Source: Minutocellus sp. GHC0000111 (Eukaryota). From it: a stretch of DNA of 64,000 nt. Under the pieces are notes generated by a model. It saw nothing but the letters and a program-made list of their open reading frames with translations, ran no database searches and was not told the DNA's origin. The stretch is from positions 1,612,001 through 1,676,000 of the forward strand of contig OZ361259.1 of assembly GCA_977018835.1 (NCBI GenBank), given 5' to 3'. Numbering within the stretch: the first letter of the stretch is position 1; each line of letters starts with the position of its first letter. A program made the position numbers and the translations under genes. This document shows positions 45,784 to 56,347 of this stretch, piece by piece.

Positions 45784-46987
45784 CTAGAAGTATCCGTCAT
45801 TTGAGAAATCTCTTCCTTTGATCGAGGGAGAAGTCGTCAACTCTGAGATTGCCGGTGAAGATGAAGGCGAGGAGGTATGAATCTCCCAACCTTCGCTCTC
45901 ACTCGTACTCTCGGTGGCCGATCCCTTGTAGTTTCTGGGCCTCTCGATACGAAGAGAGCGTCCAAATAAATCAATAGCATCGAGGCTGAGACAGGCTGTT
46001 GCGATTCCTGCATCTTTGCATTCGACGAAGGCAAATCCACGTCGCATGGTGCAGCCGATGAAAGGATCAGTAGCAGTAGTGCCAGAAGCGAGCTGTTGAC
46101 GGTCCAAAGCACGAGAGAGGCAGCTCAGCAGATCCTCACTCGATGCCTCGTAGGGAATGTTGCAAGCAAACAATCGGCAGCTAGGATCCACCCGAGGCTT
46201 GGAGCGGAAAATGTTCATGGACGTGAAGAAGAAACCGTCGGACCACCGCAGGAGCTGCTGAATGGCATCGGTGGTGTGCCCATCCCAATGCCCAAAGCTG
46301 ATGCGAACATCGGTCGATACCTCTCCAACAACACGAACGCTCTGGATCGAACCATCGCATGCGGAGTTGATGTGTTGGAAGATGGCGTCGACGACCTCCT
46401 GCTCGCGGACGGGCCGGTTGGTGGAGCAGACGAGGGATACTCGGTTGTAGGAGGGGCGATCTTTGACGATGATACCGCAAGCTTCGACAAGTTCCTCTTG
46501 ATGCCGACGGTACTGGCTGTAGACTCGTTGTATCTGCATCTCGATGCCATCTTCGTAGGGTTGAGCTACGACTTTGACGGCCTCTTTGGTCTCGGCTTGC
46601 TTGGCATCCTCGGCATGCTGAGCATTGACCTCGGCGACGGCTTGATTGATGTCCATGGCATCTGTACGCTGTCTCTTTTCATCGGCAAAGGTGACGGCTC
46701 TGGTCTCCAGTCCAATGGCCTCTTCGTTGGCATTGTCCTCGCCGTAGCGGACACGCTTGTGCTGTCGTTGCTTCTTTCCCTTGTTGCTGGATCTGCCCTT
46801 GTGCCTTTTGGCCTTCTCGGAGAGTTGGAGCTGCTCCTCATGATCCTCTTGGGTGGGAGGCTCGTCCTGGACATGGGTATAGTAATCACCACGGGCAAAG
46901 TAGTACCGCTGGTGACCAGTGGTGGAGCTTTGGCGAGAGCACCAATTCTTACTGAAGCCTGGAACGGATTGTTTGGCGGAGGACATG
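45784..46987 (-). CDS. RRM-containing protein (U2AF-large-subunit-like RRM at the C-terminus)
   Basis: RLFACNIP (RNP2), GFAFVEC (RNP1), LFGRSLRIERPRNY. Confidence 0.7.
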
Positions 46988-47499
46988 GTGAGTAAGAAGT
47001 AAATGCATCGCCAGTTTGAAAATTTATTCCACCTCATCTTGAAACGAGATGAACCTGTGGTGGGTCAGCGCGAGCAAGCATGGATGTGGATGACGTTCTG
47101 TAAATAAGAGGTCGGAGATAGACGGCACAACGAGAGGTATCGAAGATAAAAGGAAGCTGCACCAAGGTAGAGGTGGTGGTTGATTGTTGTGTTTGTTGTA
47201 TTTTGTTCCTACGTTATGTCCTGCCGACCTGATTATTCTATACTACGGCCACATTCATTTTCTCTCAAGCACATCCACCTCCGACAAATTTTCCCCGTCC
47301 AGCTAACCAAATTCTGATGATGAATCTTAATTCGCAAGAAGTCTCTGCCTTGGATCTTTTGCTGCAATCATCTGAACTCCAGCCAAAGCATCCTGTGAAA
47401 ATTTGAGAGAGGAGAACAGTAAAAGAAGAACCGAGGGTTAATGAGACTACTCACGGAAAAGGCATGATTGCAACAATGCCGATAAGAAAATTTCCCCGT

Positions 47500-50062
47500 G
47501 CGACATACCTGGGTTTCGCACGACACACCGTCATACCCCTGAAAGCACTTGCAAACGCCACGCTCGGGGTCGCAGTTGCCGCGGCCACTATGGTGGTATC
47601 ACGAAACAAATTGAAGAGAAAAGTTAGCCAATCATTCAATCAATCAAAAACCATTTACAACCACCACCCCCGTATCTGCCCAAACCATACTCACCTGCAC
47701 TCCTCAACATAATTGATGACCTCCCAACAACTCTCCTCAGAAGGAGGAGTAAAGTGGAAGAGCTTGACCAGGCCGGCATTGTCGGCCCAGTTGGCGTCGG
47801 TACCGTCGCCATTGTTGCCAGCATCACCGAGAGCAGAGCCATCCCACTTGATGTTCTTGTCGAGAGTAATTTCGTAAATGTTGGCAAACTTCTTGAGGGT
47901 CGGATCACCGGTAACGTCAATGGGGATGGTAATGTCGACGGTGGAATCGGAAGCGAGAGGGAGCTTGGTCACCTTCTTGACCGTATAGATAACGTTGCCA
48001 GTGCCGTAGTTGACGGCAGTGGAATCAGCACAAGCGGACGAAAGAGCAGGGCCTCCGTGGAAGGCATTGACAGTACCAGCGCCCTCGCCCCAGCAGCCGT
48101 CCACCAAGAAGATCATATCGCCCTTCTGGACACAACGGTGGTTGCGATCACCACTGTCGGGGTTGTTATCGCACGAGGAATCAAACGAGGTGTAGAGCTT
48201 GTTGTCCCACTGGTTGAAGTAGCCAGTGATGCGAGTCGAGGAGGCTCCGCCGGCCCAATTGTCGGCAATCTCCTGCGCGGCCTCGTTGCCCCACCCGAGC
48301 TGGTGGACGACGCCAGTCGAAGTGTAGACATAGCTCTCGACGGCCTCGTCGCGAGTGTTGGCTCCATTGTTGAGATTGGCCACACGGAACTCCTTGCCAG
48401 GAGCAGCCGACTCATCAAAGAAGACCAGGTAGTACTCTCCGTAGGTAAACTTGTCATATCCAGCTGCCGTCTCGGTGGGAACCACCTTGATGGCATGGGG
48501 GAAGGCACCAATCATGTTGTACGTGGTAGGTCCAGCACCATCAGCCTCGACGACAAAGCCCTTGTCCCAGTTGGCCACGTCGACGTTGTTCTCGGGATCC
48601 CAATCGGAATCGCCAAGACAGCGCTTGAGGGTCTTGGCCTCGGCGGGGGTGAGGTCGCCGTCGGGTCCAGTCAGATACCCGAGCGATCCAGGACGGACGT
48701 CGACATTCCAGGAATCGTCGGCATCGCTGGAATCGGCCAGTACCTTGACGGTAAGGCCCTCGCAGCGGGTAGGGAAGTAGTCCTTGGCCTCGCCGTTGAC
48801 GGTGGTGGCAACGCCCATAGTGATCTCACCGTCGCCAAAGGGGTGGCCGGTACTGGCGTCGATGATGGTGGAACGCTTGCCATCCAAGTACTCGAGGATC
48901 TCAATCTCCTTGAGAAGACCCGGATTGCCGAGGAACTTGAGCTCGTACTCGATGCCACGGTTGGTATCCACAGCAGTCTGGGTGCACTCAATGTCGGGGA
49001 CGACGCCGTTTGGCAGAGCCTTGAAGGCGGCAACCACATAGTCGCAATGGTCGACGCCATCAATCACACCGGTGCCATCGAGAGGGAGAGGATCGGTGAT
49101 GCAGTCCTCGCCGTGGGTATCATAGAAAACGAGAGCATACTCTCCCGACAAAACACTGGGATTGGTCGTCTCGAAACGGACGGCAGTGTGAGTGACGCGA
49201 GCGGTGGCATCGTCGGTGTAAAGAGGGTCAATGTTGTGGAGGCACAAACGCTCGTGGCAGTCCGGTCCGCCGTAGCCGGGGTCGCACTTGCAAGCCATGG
49301 TAACGTCGTGATCCCACAGAGCGTAGCGGTTGCCACCGTCCTCCTCGGCCATGTCGGCAATACTCTCGCAGGTACCGTGGCCGGAGCACATGCCAATCAT
49401 GGGCGTGTGGTTGGGGCGGCCGGTGAAGGAACTCTTGTGACCCTTGGTGGCAAGGCCCTGGAGGTTGCTCTTGAGCTCGGTCTGGGTGGAGGGGTTGGGA
49501 TTGTGGACGGAGCCACGGGCACTGGGACAGGAGGCACGGTTGCAGGCGGCTCCGTCGTATCCGGGAAGGCACTCGCACATGCCGGTGAGGCGGTCGCAAA
49601 GGCCCTTGTTGGAGCACTCGGCATACTCGTGGGCGGTGTCGATGAGGGTGTTGCCGGCAGAATCGCTCATGTCCGGAAAGGCCTCAGTGACTCCGTGCGG
49701 ATACATGGTAGATCCCTCAATGACGAGGGTATCGAGGGAATCGATGGAATTGGAGCCATCCATATCGCCAAGGGGCGTGCTGACGTGCGCCTTGCCGAAG
49801 GGACATTGGCGAAGGCTGCAGTCGCTTCCGGTCCATCCAGGGTCGCCTGTTTTGTAGAGATGGAGAGGAGGAAGGGGATGGTTAGTACTGAGGTGGAAAG
49901 GTTAGCAGGTTGACGAGACAGGGGGAACAGGGAGAGGGACTACTTACAGTAACAGCTATCATGGCTCCCGCATACCCCATGTCCCCCGCAGCCATTCGGG
50001 CAATGAGCTTGAACGCCAGCAAGGCTGGCAACGACGAGGAGGGCAATGGCGGTGATACGCAT
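47500..50062 (-). CDS. EGF-like mastigoneme/Sig1-family protein; introns 49847-49947 and about 47589-47694; final exon not resolved
   Basis: Signal peptide plus HCPNGCGGHG; CPFGKAHVSTPLGD; AHEYAECSNKGLCDR; CSGHGTC; LWD....CKCDPGYGGPDC; ECSGRGNCD. Confidence 0.8.
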
Positions 50063-50328
50063 GGTACAAAGCAGATAGTTGGGTTGGGTTGGGGCCTCTT
50101 TCAGGGAGAAGTGACTGCTCGAACTGCTTGAAGGATCTTGCATCGACATCGACACACGTCAATCAATTCATTTTTGCTGATCGAATGAGTCGATTGGTTC
50201 ATTCATTCAAATTTGAAAAAAAAAATGATCTGCAGAGCAGCTCTCCTTTGTTCACAATTTTCAATATTGGAGTCCTCGTTCAGCAATACAACTGTATCTT
50301 TGCAACAATCTCCTTCCTTCTACCACCG

Positions 50329-53259
50329 ATGGATCTACAGGAGGAGCGTACTCCGCCTCCGCCCCCACCTCCACCGCTCAAAAGCGGTGATACCGACGAT
50401 GACATGGAGATGGAGTCCCCGACGGCCACCAACCTGTCGTCGTCGACGGCCTCGTTGACCGCCTTCTCGTCGTCGTCACCCTCGTCGTCGTCCTCATCGT
50501 CATCATCCAACGGCATCAGCCCCATGGAGATAGAGCTGGCCCAACCATCAGCATCACCACCACCACCGCCCACCGCCTTGGTCGTCGCCGAGCAGCCATC
50601 TTCGACGGCTCCGTTACCACCACCCGCTCCCATCACATTGGATATGGGTTCAGAAGAAGCCGCGAAGAATCTCATCCAATACCACTACTCACATCCCGAT
50701 GAGGCCGCCCAGCTCACCAAGAAGGTTGAATTGACCTCGTTCATCAAGGCCGAGATTGACCGGAAGACAGTTCATGTGCCAAGCTCTGAACGAAAAGCGA
50801 ACCAAGGCGCAACTATCGCGGAAACTCTCATTAGTCGACTTCCCATGCTCGTTGAAATATTCTCCACCGGCGTAAAAGCTTCGGAGTCGAATCGACAGTA
50901 CATTCGTGACGTGTACCATCGCATCGGTGACGGCAAGCCCGGTTTCGATGTTCATGCGCATCTCTTCTCCATGCTTGACATCCCGAAGCCCCAGTCCAAA
51001 AGAGAATACTTTCTTGAAAAGCTAGAACTCATTTCCCGGTACGTAGCACAGTGCGAGGCAAGAGGCGAGCCTTTCGACCGCCGTAATGTGACTTGGTGGG
51101 TTACTATCGGCAACGAAAAGCCAACGCAAGCTGTCCGAAAATTTTTGGACAATGCCTTTGCCGGTCAGTACGACGAAGATCTCGAATTCCAGAAGATTCT
51201 TCCTCAGCTCGAGGCGGTTCTGAATACCACCATCTCCAAACCCCTTCCCTTTGATGAGCTCCGCGCCGTCATTGACACAACCTACGCCAACCTCAAGTGC
51301 AAGGATCTTTCCATCCACCTCGCCAAGGTCCCCGAAATCCACAAGCGCGGATTCGGTGTCAGCATTACCTCGACCGACCCCAACTATCTGGCCCTCATGG
51401 ATACTACCGGCACCATCAAGATCAACGCCAAGATCAATGCGGTCTCAGAGCTTCTGTCGGGCATTCCTCTGAATCTTGTCACAGACGACGATAAGAGCGT
51501 CCTTTACTCCGTCGTCGCCATTCTGTTCCAAGAGCTGTGCATAGCCGAGGCCGACGGTACCAATCGCATGTTCGGTGCAGAGCTGAAACAGCTTACCGCC
51601 GACGTTCTCAGGAGACAAGACGAATATCTCAAGCGATTCGAGCACATCCCCCATGCTGACCGACATGCGCGGTTCCAGTGTGGAACCGATGGCGAGGGAC
51701 ATCACCCGATCCAAGTCACCGCGAGAGATCAAGATTCCATTACGCTCCGCGACTTCCTCACCAATATTGGTTATGCTCCCGCGGCCGCTCATTCCATGGC
51801 AAAGCTCAAGAAGGAGACCAATACGGGCAGGCTCATGCTCGCTATTAGAGCGGTGTACCACAAGGATAAGTGGATTTGTGAGGTTGGAAGCGCCGTGTCC
51901 ATGGTTCAGAATAAGGCCGGCTGGATGCGCGAGGGTCGGCGAACTTACAACTTCAGCAAGGAGGCTCAAATTCCACCGGAAACCATTGTTGTCACCCATC
52001 ACGAGAGAGTCCTAAATACCATCGAGGAGGCATCCCATTTTCACCTCAAGGCTCCCGGTGGCTTTCTCGACGCAACCAAGTGCCCACCTCCATTTGCTTC
52101 CGAGCAGAAACGTCCATCTTACCTCCCACCTCCGAAGAAGAACTCAAGGAAGACGAAGGCCGCCGGAGATGACTTGGCCGCTGCTACCAGTCGCAAGGAA
52201 ATCGAGGCAGCCCTGCAGGAGGTCCAAGAATCGGCTGATATCTCAGAAGAAGCCAAGGCTGTGCTTGCCGGGATGCTCAAGATGTCCGATCGTCTGTCTG
52301 TCCTCGAACAGAAGCAAAAGGACGATGCCGCCAAACCTGCTCCCAAGCCCAAGGTCCTGACCCTTCAGGATATCACCAATCTTGGCCGTGGTAATGCCAA
52401 TCCGGTGGCAGCATCGTCCAGTACCATCTATACCGTTGTGGCAGCGAATGACCAATCCATCGGTGCCAGTGGCGTCTCAACGAATAATGCCGCGTTTGGA
52501 GCAGCAGCGCATACATGTAGGAGAAGAGGTGAGCCGACTCAGCCACTTGTCGTATCTCAGGAAGACGAGAATGAAATTCTCCGAAAGAGAATCAACGATC
52601 TCGAGGAACAGTTGGAAAGGAAGGATCTTGCAACGGACGAATCACTCCAAGAAGAGCAGCAAAGCCACGAGAAGACCAAGATTGCGTTGACCGGTTTGAA
52701 GGATACCCACAAGAAGCTCCAGCAAGAGCGCAGAATTCTCACACCGCAGCAGAGGGCCGATATCGATCTCCAGGCTTCCAGACTCGCAGCATTTGACGCC
52801 AAGGAAAATGAGTGGGAGGCAGAGAGAGCAAAATGTGAGCGTCAACTGCAAAATGCCCAATATCTGTGGAAGACTGCCGAGAGAGAGCGAGACGCAGCCC
52901 GGAGCGAATGTCGAGAACTCGATGAAGAATTGTGCTGTCTTCGATCTTCTACAGCTTCTGCGGAGCCATCCAATCAACCAAGAATCAACAGCAGGTCTCA
53001 GATGATTGAGAATAGCTCTGTATTGCACGATCAGCAGAGCTCCGATGTGGATGGGGGATATGACCTTCTACCCCCGAATTGGGAGAAGCTCTTTTCAAAG
53101 AAAGCTGGTCGGCCCTACTACCGGTACTCCGATGGGACGAATGAGTTCAGCCAGTGGCACTTTCCCACGAATAGTGAGGTCGCGGATCCTACCACGGCGA
53201 TGGAACGGGTGAACAAGAATACATCAGAGGAACGGAGAAAGAGGCAGAGGATTGATTAG
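50329..53259 (+). CDS. Large hypothetical protein with coiled coil and C-terminal WW domain
   Basis: LPPNWEKLFSKKAGRPYY.....SQWHFP; heptad-rich region; Pro/Ser-rich N-terminus. Confidence 0.7.
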   Translation: MDLQEERTPPPPPPPPLKSGDTDDDMEMESPTATNLSSSTASLTAFSSSSPSSSSSSSSSNGISPMEIELAQPSASPPPPPTALVVAEQPSSTAPLPPPAPITLDMGSEEAAKNLIQYHYSHPDEAAQLTKKVELTSFIKAEIDRKTVHVPSSERKANQGATIAETLISRLPMLVEIFSTGVKASESNRQYIRDVYHRIGDGKPGFDVHAHLFSMLDIPKPQSKREYFLEKLELISRYVAQCEARGEPFDRRNVTWWVTIGNEKPTQAVRKFLDNAFAGQYDEDLEFQKILPQLEAVLNTTISKPLPFDELRAVIDTTYANLKCKDLSIHLAKVPEIHKRGFGVSITSTDPNYLALMDTTGTIKINAKINAVSELLSGIPLNLVTDDDKSVLYSVVAILFQELCIAEADGTNRMFGAELKQLTADVLRRQDEYLKRFEHIPHADRHARFQCGTDGEGHHPIQVTARDQDSITLRDFLTNIGYAPAAAHSMAKLKKETNTGRLMLAIRAVYHKDKWICEVGSAVSMVQNKAGWMREGRRTYNFSKEAQIPPETIVVTHHERVLNTIEEASHFHLKAPGGFLDATKCPPPFASEQKRPSYLPPPKKNSRKTKAAGDDLAAATSRKEIEAALQEVQESADISEEAKAVLAGMLKMSDRLSVLEQKQKDDAAKPAPKPKVLTLQDITNLGRGNANPVAASSSTIYTVVAANDQSIGASGVSTNNAAFGAAAHTCRRRGEPTQPLVVSQEDENEILRKRINDLEEQLERKDLATDESLQEEQQSHEKTKIALTGLKDTHKKLQQERRILTPQQRADIDLQASRLAAFDAKENEWEAERAKCERQLQNAQYLWKTAERERDAARSECRELDEELCCLRSSTASAEPSNQPRINSRSQMIENSSVLHDQQSSDVDGGYDLLPPNWEKLFSKKAGRPYYRYSDGTNEFSQWHFPTNSEVADPTTAMERVNKNTSEERRKRQRID

Positions 53260-53384
53260 ATGTTCTAAACTATATATATGTAGCTACAAATTATATGTAT
53301 CCGGTCTAATTCGCAAAGAGCTACTCACACATGTATGTCAGTGCTGCTTTTCACCATTCACTTCTGATACTAAGTACCCTCCGA

Positions 53385-54464
53385 TCAACACTTTTGATAC
53401 TTGGTGCTGGTGACAAACTCAATCCGAGCCTGGCGCATAATGCCCTGGCCGTCATTATCAGCCCCTCGTTCCCACACTCGTTCAAAGATCTGCTTGATCC
53501 GTCCCAATTCCATATCCTGCACCAGCTGCAAATGACGCTCGGGCTCGCTGGAGCTGCTCCCCGCCGTCTGCTTCTGCTCATCATCCTCGCCCCGCATACT
53601 CCTCGGCGGTACCAGCATGTACACCACGCTCACCCCCTCGCACCATTTGCGTCTCAATGCCAACTCCACTTCTCTACCTAATTCTTCAAGTACCTCCATC
53701 CCATGCGCATCCTTGCCGACATCCAACAACTGCGCCCACAGGTTGGTCCTCGGACCGAACTTGTCGATCCCCACCCCATTGATAATGTCGCCAAACACCT
53801 GCTCGCCGGACGTCCAGGCACGGTCCCACTCGGAGCGGTGCGTTTGCCGATCAAACGTCCCACCCGTGGCGAGGTTGGCGGGGATGGCATCGTGGACGTT
53901 GAGATGGGACGCATGACGCTTGGAACCGGCCACGAGGAGGTAAATGTCGCGGGAGGGTGGTAGCGGTGCCGCGGGGGGTGGTAGTGCCAGATCGGACAGT
54001 TTTCGTGCTGGTGCTGCTGATGGCTGTTGGTGTTGAGCATGCTGCGATGCCTGCTCTTGTTGTTGCTGTTCATCTTCAAACAACTGCCTCTGTACTTCCT
54101 GCATTACTGCACTGCCGCCCCACTTGCCGCGGCTGGGCAGCATCGACGGTGTTCCAATCACCGTGGGCAAACCACCTCTCGCCGGCGGCGCCGGAACATC
54201 ACCCTCGTCCCTACTCATACTGGCATCGACCTCCATATCCTCCACACCGCCACCAATCTCATCGACCGAGGAGTTTGCATTCGCCTTGGCCTGGGCGTTC
54301 TCCGCTCCAGTAACCGTGAGGGCCGGAGCACCGCTCTGCGGATTCATGGCCACGTTGTCGTCCTCGTTGGTCAGCGTGTCGATGGCACGAACTACCGCGT
54401 CGACGAACGACCCGCGGTACGTGTCGCCGATGTCCTCCGCGAGGACCAGGATGACTGCCGCCAT
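53385..54464 (-). CDS. Hypothetical protein
   Basis: 359-aa ORF with GC3-rich coding pattern. Confidence 0.6.
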   Translation of the reverse strand: MAAVILVLAEDIGDTYRGSFVDAVVRAIDTLTNEDDNVAMNPQSGAPALTVTGAENAQAKANANSSVDEIGGGVEDMEVDASMSRDEGDVPAPPARGGLPTVIGTPSMLPSRGKWGGSAVMQEVQRQLFEDEQQQQEQASQHAQHQQPSAAPARKLSDLALPPPAAPLPPSRDIYLLVAGSKRHASHLNVHDAIPANLATGGTFDRQTHRSEWDRAWTSGEQVFGDIINGVGIDKFGPRTNLWAQLLDVGKDAHGMEVLEELGREVELALRRKWCEGVSVVYMLVPPRSMRGEDDEQKQTAGSSSSEPERHLQLVQDMELGRIKQIFERVWERGADNDGQGIMRQARIEFVTSTKYQKC

Positions 54465-55013
54465 TGGATTGTTGTGTTGTTTTGGTTTCTTGTTTCGTAT
54501 GTGTTATGTGTGCAATTGAATGAATGAATGAAATTGCACGCGCTGAATTTTCTTCCAAAACGACACCGAGCGCGACTCCCAAAAAATAACTAATCTCGTC
54601 GAAGGACTTCGATGCTTCCGAGATCGATTGGATGGCAGCTTTCAGTTCCGCAGACGGAGATGGCTAAAATAAGGAGAAAAGCGTTCGTTGATGTACAAAA
54701 AAAAAATGTGACGAATTGTGATGGCTGGGAACAATTCTTCACGAAGCGAAGACGCGCACTGAAACACAAGCAGGCACAAGATGTGTTGGTTTCGAATGAT
54801 ACAAAAATACGCAGCGTCCCGAAGGGTTGGATACAATGCGGTCAGCGATTGAGGCTAATGTGCGTTGTTCACGATAGTCGGGTCGTTAAGAGGGCGCTGT
54901 CCATAATTTTCCCCGTTTTTAATCCCCCTTATTCTTATTTCTTATGACGAGCGAAGCATGACAAAAACTCGACCCCACCATGAGAATCGCCGCTCTGCCC
55001 CCTCTTCATTACG

Positions 55014-56243
55014 ATGAAGCGCAGCGCTGATAATAGTGCCGGCCCGGCCCACAACGCAGATACGCGGTTGCGGAAACTCAAGACAGATAACTCCGGTCGC
55101 CCGATTTTGCCTGTTGACAAGAAGAAAGAGAAGGCGGAGGACAAAGCGAAAGACGCCGTTACCGAGATACTGGAGGGCCTCGCCGTCACGTTGGAGAACG
55201 ACCCGAACGGACAAGGACGAGAATTATGGAACAATCCCGGCGTCGGCCATGCACTTCAACATCTTGTCAAAGCAGTCGAGGCTCGCGCTGATAAGTATCA
55301 TGTTCGGGATGATATTGATGTCGCTGCTGAGCGGCCCGGCCTCGTAGTTACCAACCTGTCCGTGGCTGATGTGAAGTTGAGGCTGACGGTCGGCATCGTC
55401 GATCAATTGCAAGATCCCATGTTTGACGCCGGACCTGAATTCTTCCCTATATTTCAACTTCATGGGAAACGGATCGATATTGGATCGGCTCTTGCTGCGC
55501 ACGGCCGACCTTTCAACACCACATCGCTTACTTTGCTTGATGGAAGCGGAAAGCTTATCGTCGCTCGTGTTGCCCTGACAATTACCGAAAAGGCCCGAAG
55601 TCTACAACAGGGCCATGTGATCAAATTGACAAAGTTCCACCGATGGCATGTGGCTCCATATGATGACATACACTCTACTGCTGGGATTGGACTAGTTGAT
55701 TTTGATATTGTTGGAATGGGCCAACTTCTGCAGGTAGATGGTGGGCCATCAGCAGCGATCAGATCGGACACGGATGCTCTTGTTGCGGCCGTTTGTGAGG
55801 AAGCCGACGATGATCCGACGGCAGCGCCGGAGGCAGACACATTCGGTAATTGGGACGAGACCAGAGAGAGGCCGCCAATACCCCCTGCTTGCTGCACTGC
55901 CGCCAACCGAAGCTGCTCAATGTACGGCACACTCTTCTTTCAGAAATGCGTCTGCGAAGAAATGCTGGTGCCGACGGAGGAGGACCTGGAGGATATCGCT
56001 GACAAATACTACGCAACCACCATGCCAGTCGAAGCCATGGCAAATAATTTGAAGAGGAACATGCTGTATTGGTACTATGCAACTGAGGTGTATCATGTGA
56101 GAGGTTGGCTTGATCGGAAGCCCTTGCCAACCTGTCTAGTCTTTTGCATTAGGTTCATTTATCCAAATGATAAAGGTGAACGATATGTTGGATTCATCCC
56201 TGGTCATCAAGATGAAGAGGAAGAAGAAGAGGAAAATGCATAA
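55014..56243 (+). CDS. KolX/P2X7-ballast-like accessory protein (copy 2)
   Basis: Protein identical to that of 21134-22363. Confidence 0.7.
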   Translation: MKRSADNSAGPAHNADTRLRKLKTDNSGRPILPVDKKKEKAEDKAKDAVTEILEGLAVTLENDPNGQGRELWNNPGVGHALQHLVKAVEARADKYHVRDDIDVAAERPGLVVTNLSVADVKLRLTVGIVDQLQDPMFDAGPEFFPIFQLHGKRIDIGSALAAHGRPFNTTSLTLLDGSGKLIVARVALTITEKARSLQQGHVIKLTKFHRWHVAPYDDIHSTAGIGLVDFDIVGMGQLLQVDGGPSAAIRSDTDALVAAVCEEADDDPTAAPEADTFGNWDETRERPPIPPACCTAANRSCSMYGTLFFQKCVCEEMLVPTEEDLEDIADKYYATTMPVEAMANNLKRNMLYWYYATEVYHVRGWLDRKPLPTCLVFCIRFIYPNDKGERYVGFIPGHQDEEEEEEENA

Positions 56244-56347
56244 TCATTACCTCAACACATGTAGATAACAAGAATGTGCGTAGCACGTGAGTAACAGCAC
56301 ACAATAAATCCATTTTTATTTACAGTGATAAAATATTTTACACGTGT

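Noticed and set aside
47754..49913. 719-aa plus-strand ORF, and similar long antisense ORFs at 8348, 29315 and 46096
   Set aside because: These are shadows of GC3-rich genes on the opposite strand and show no recognisable motifs.
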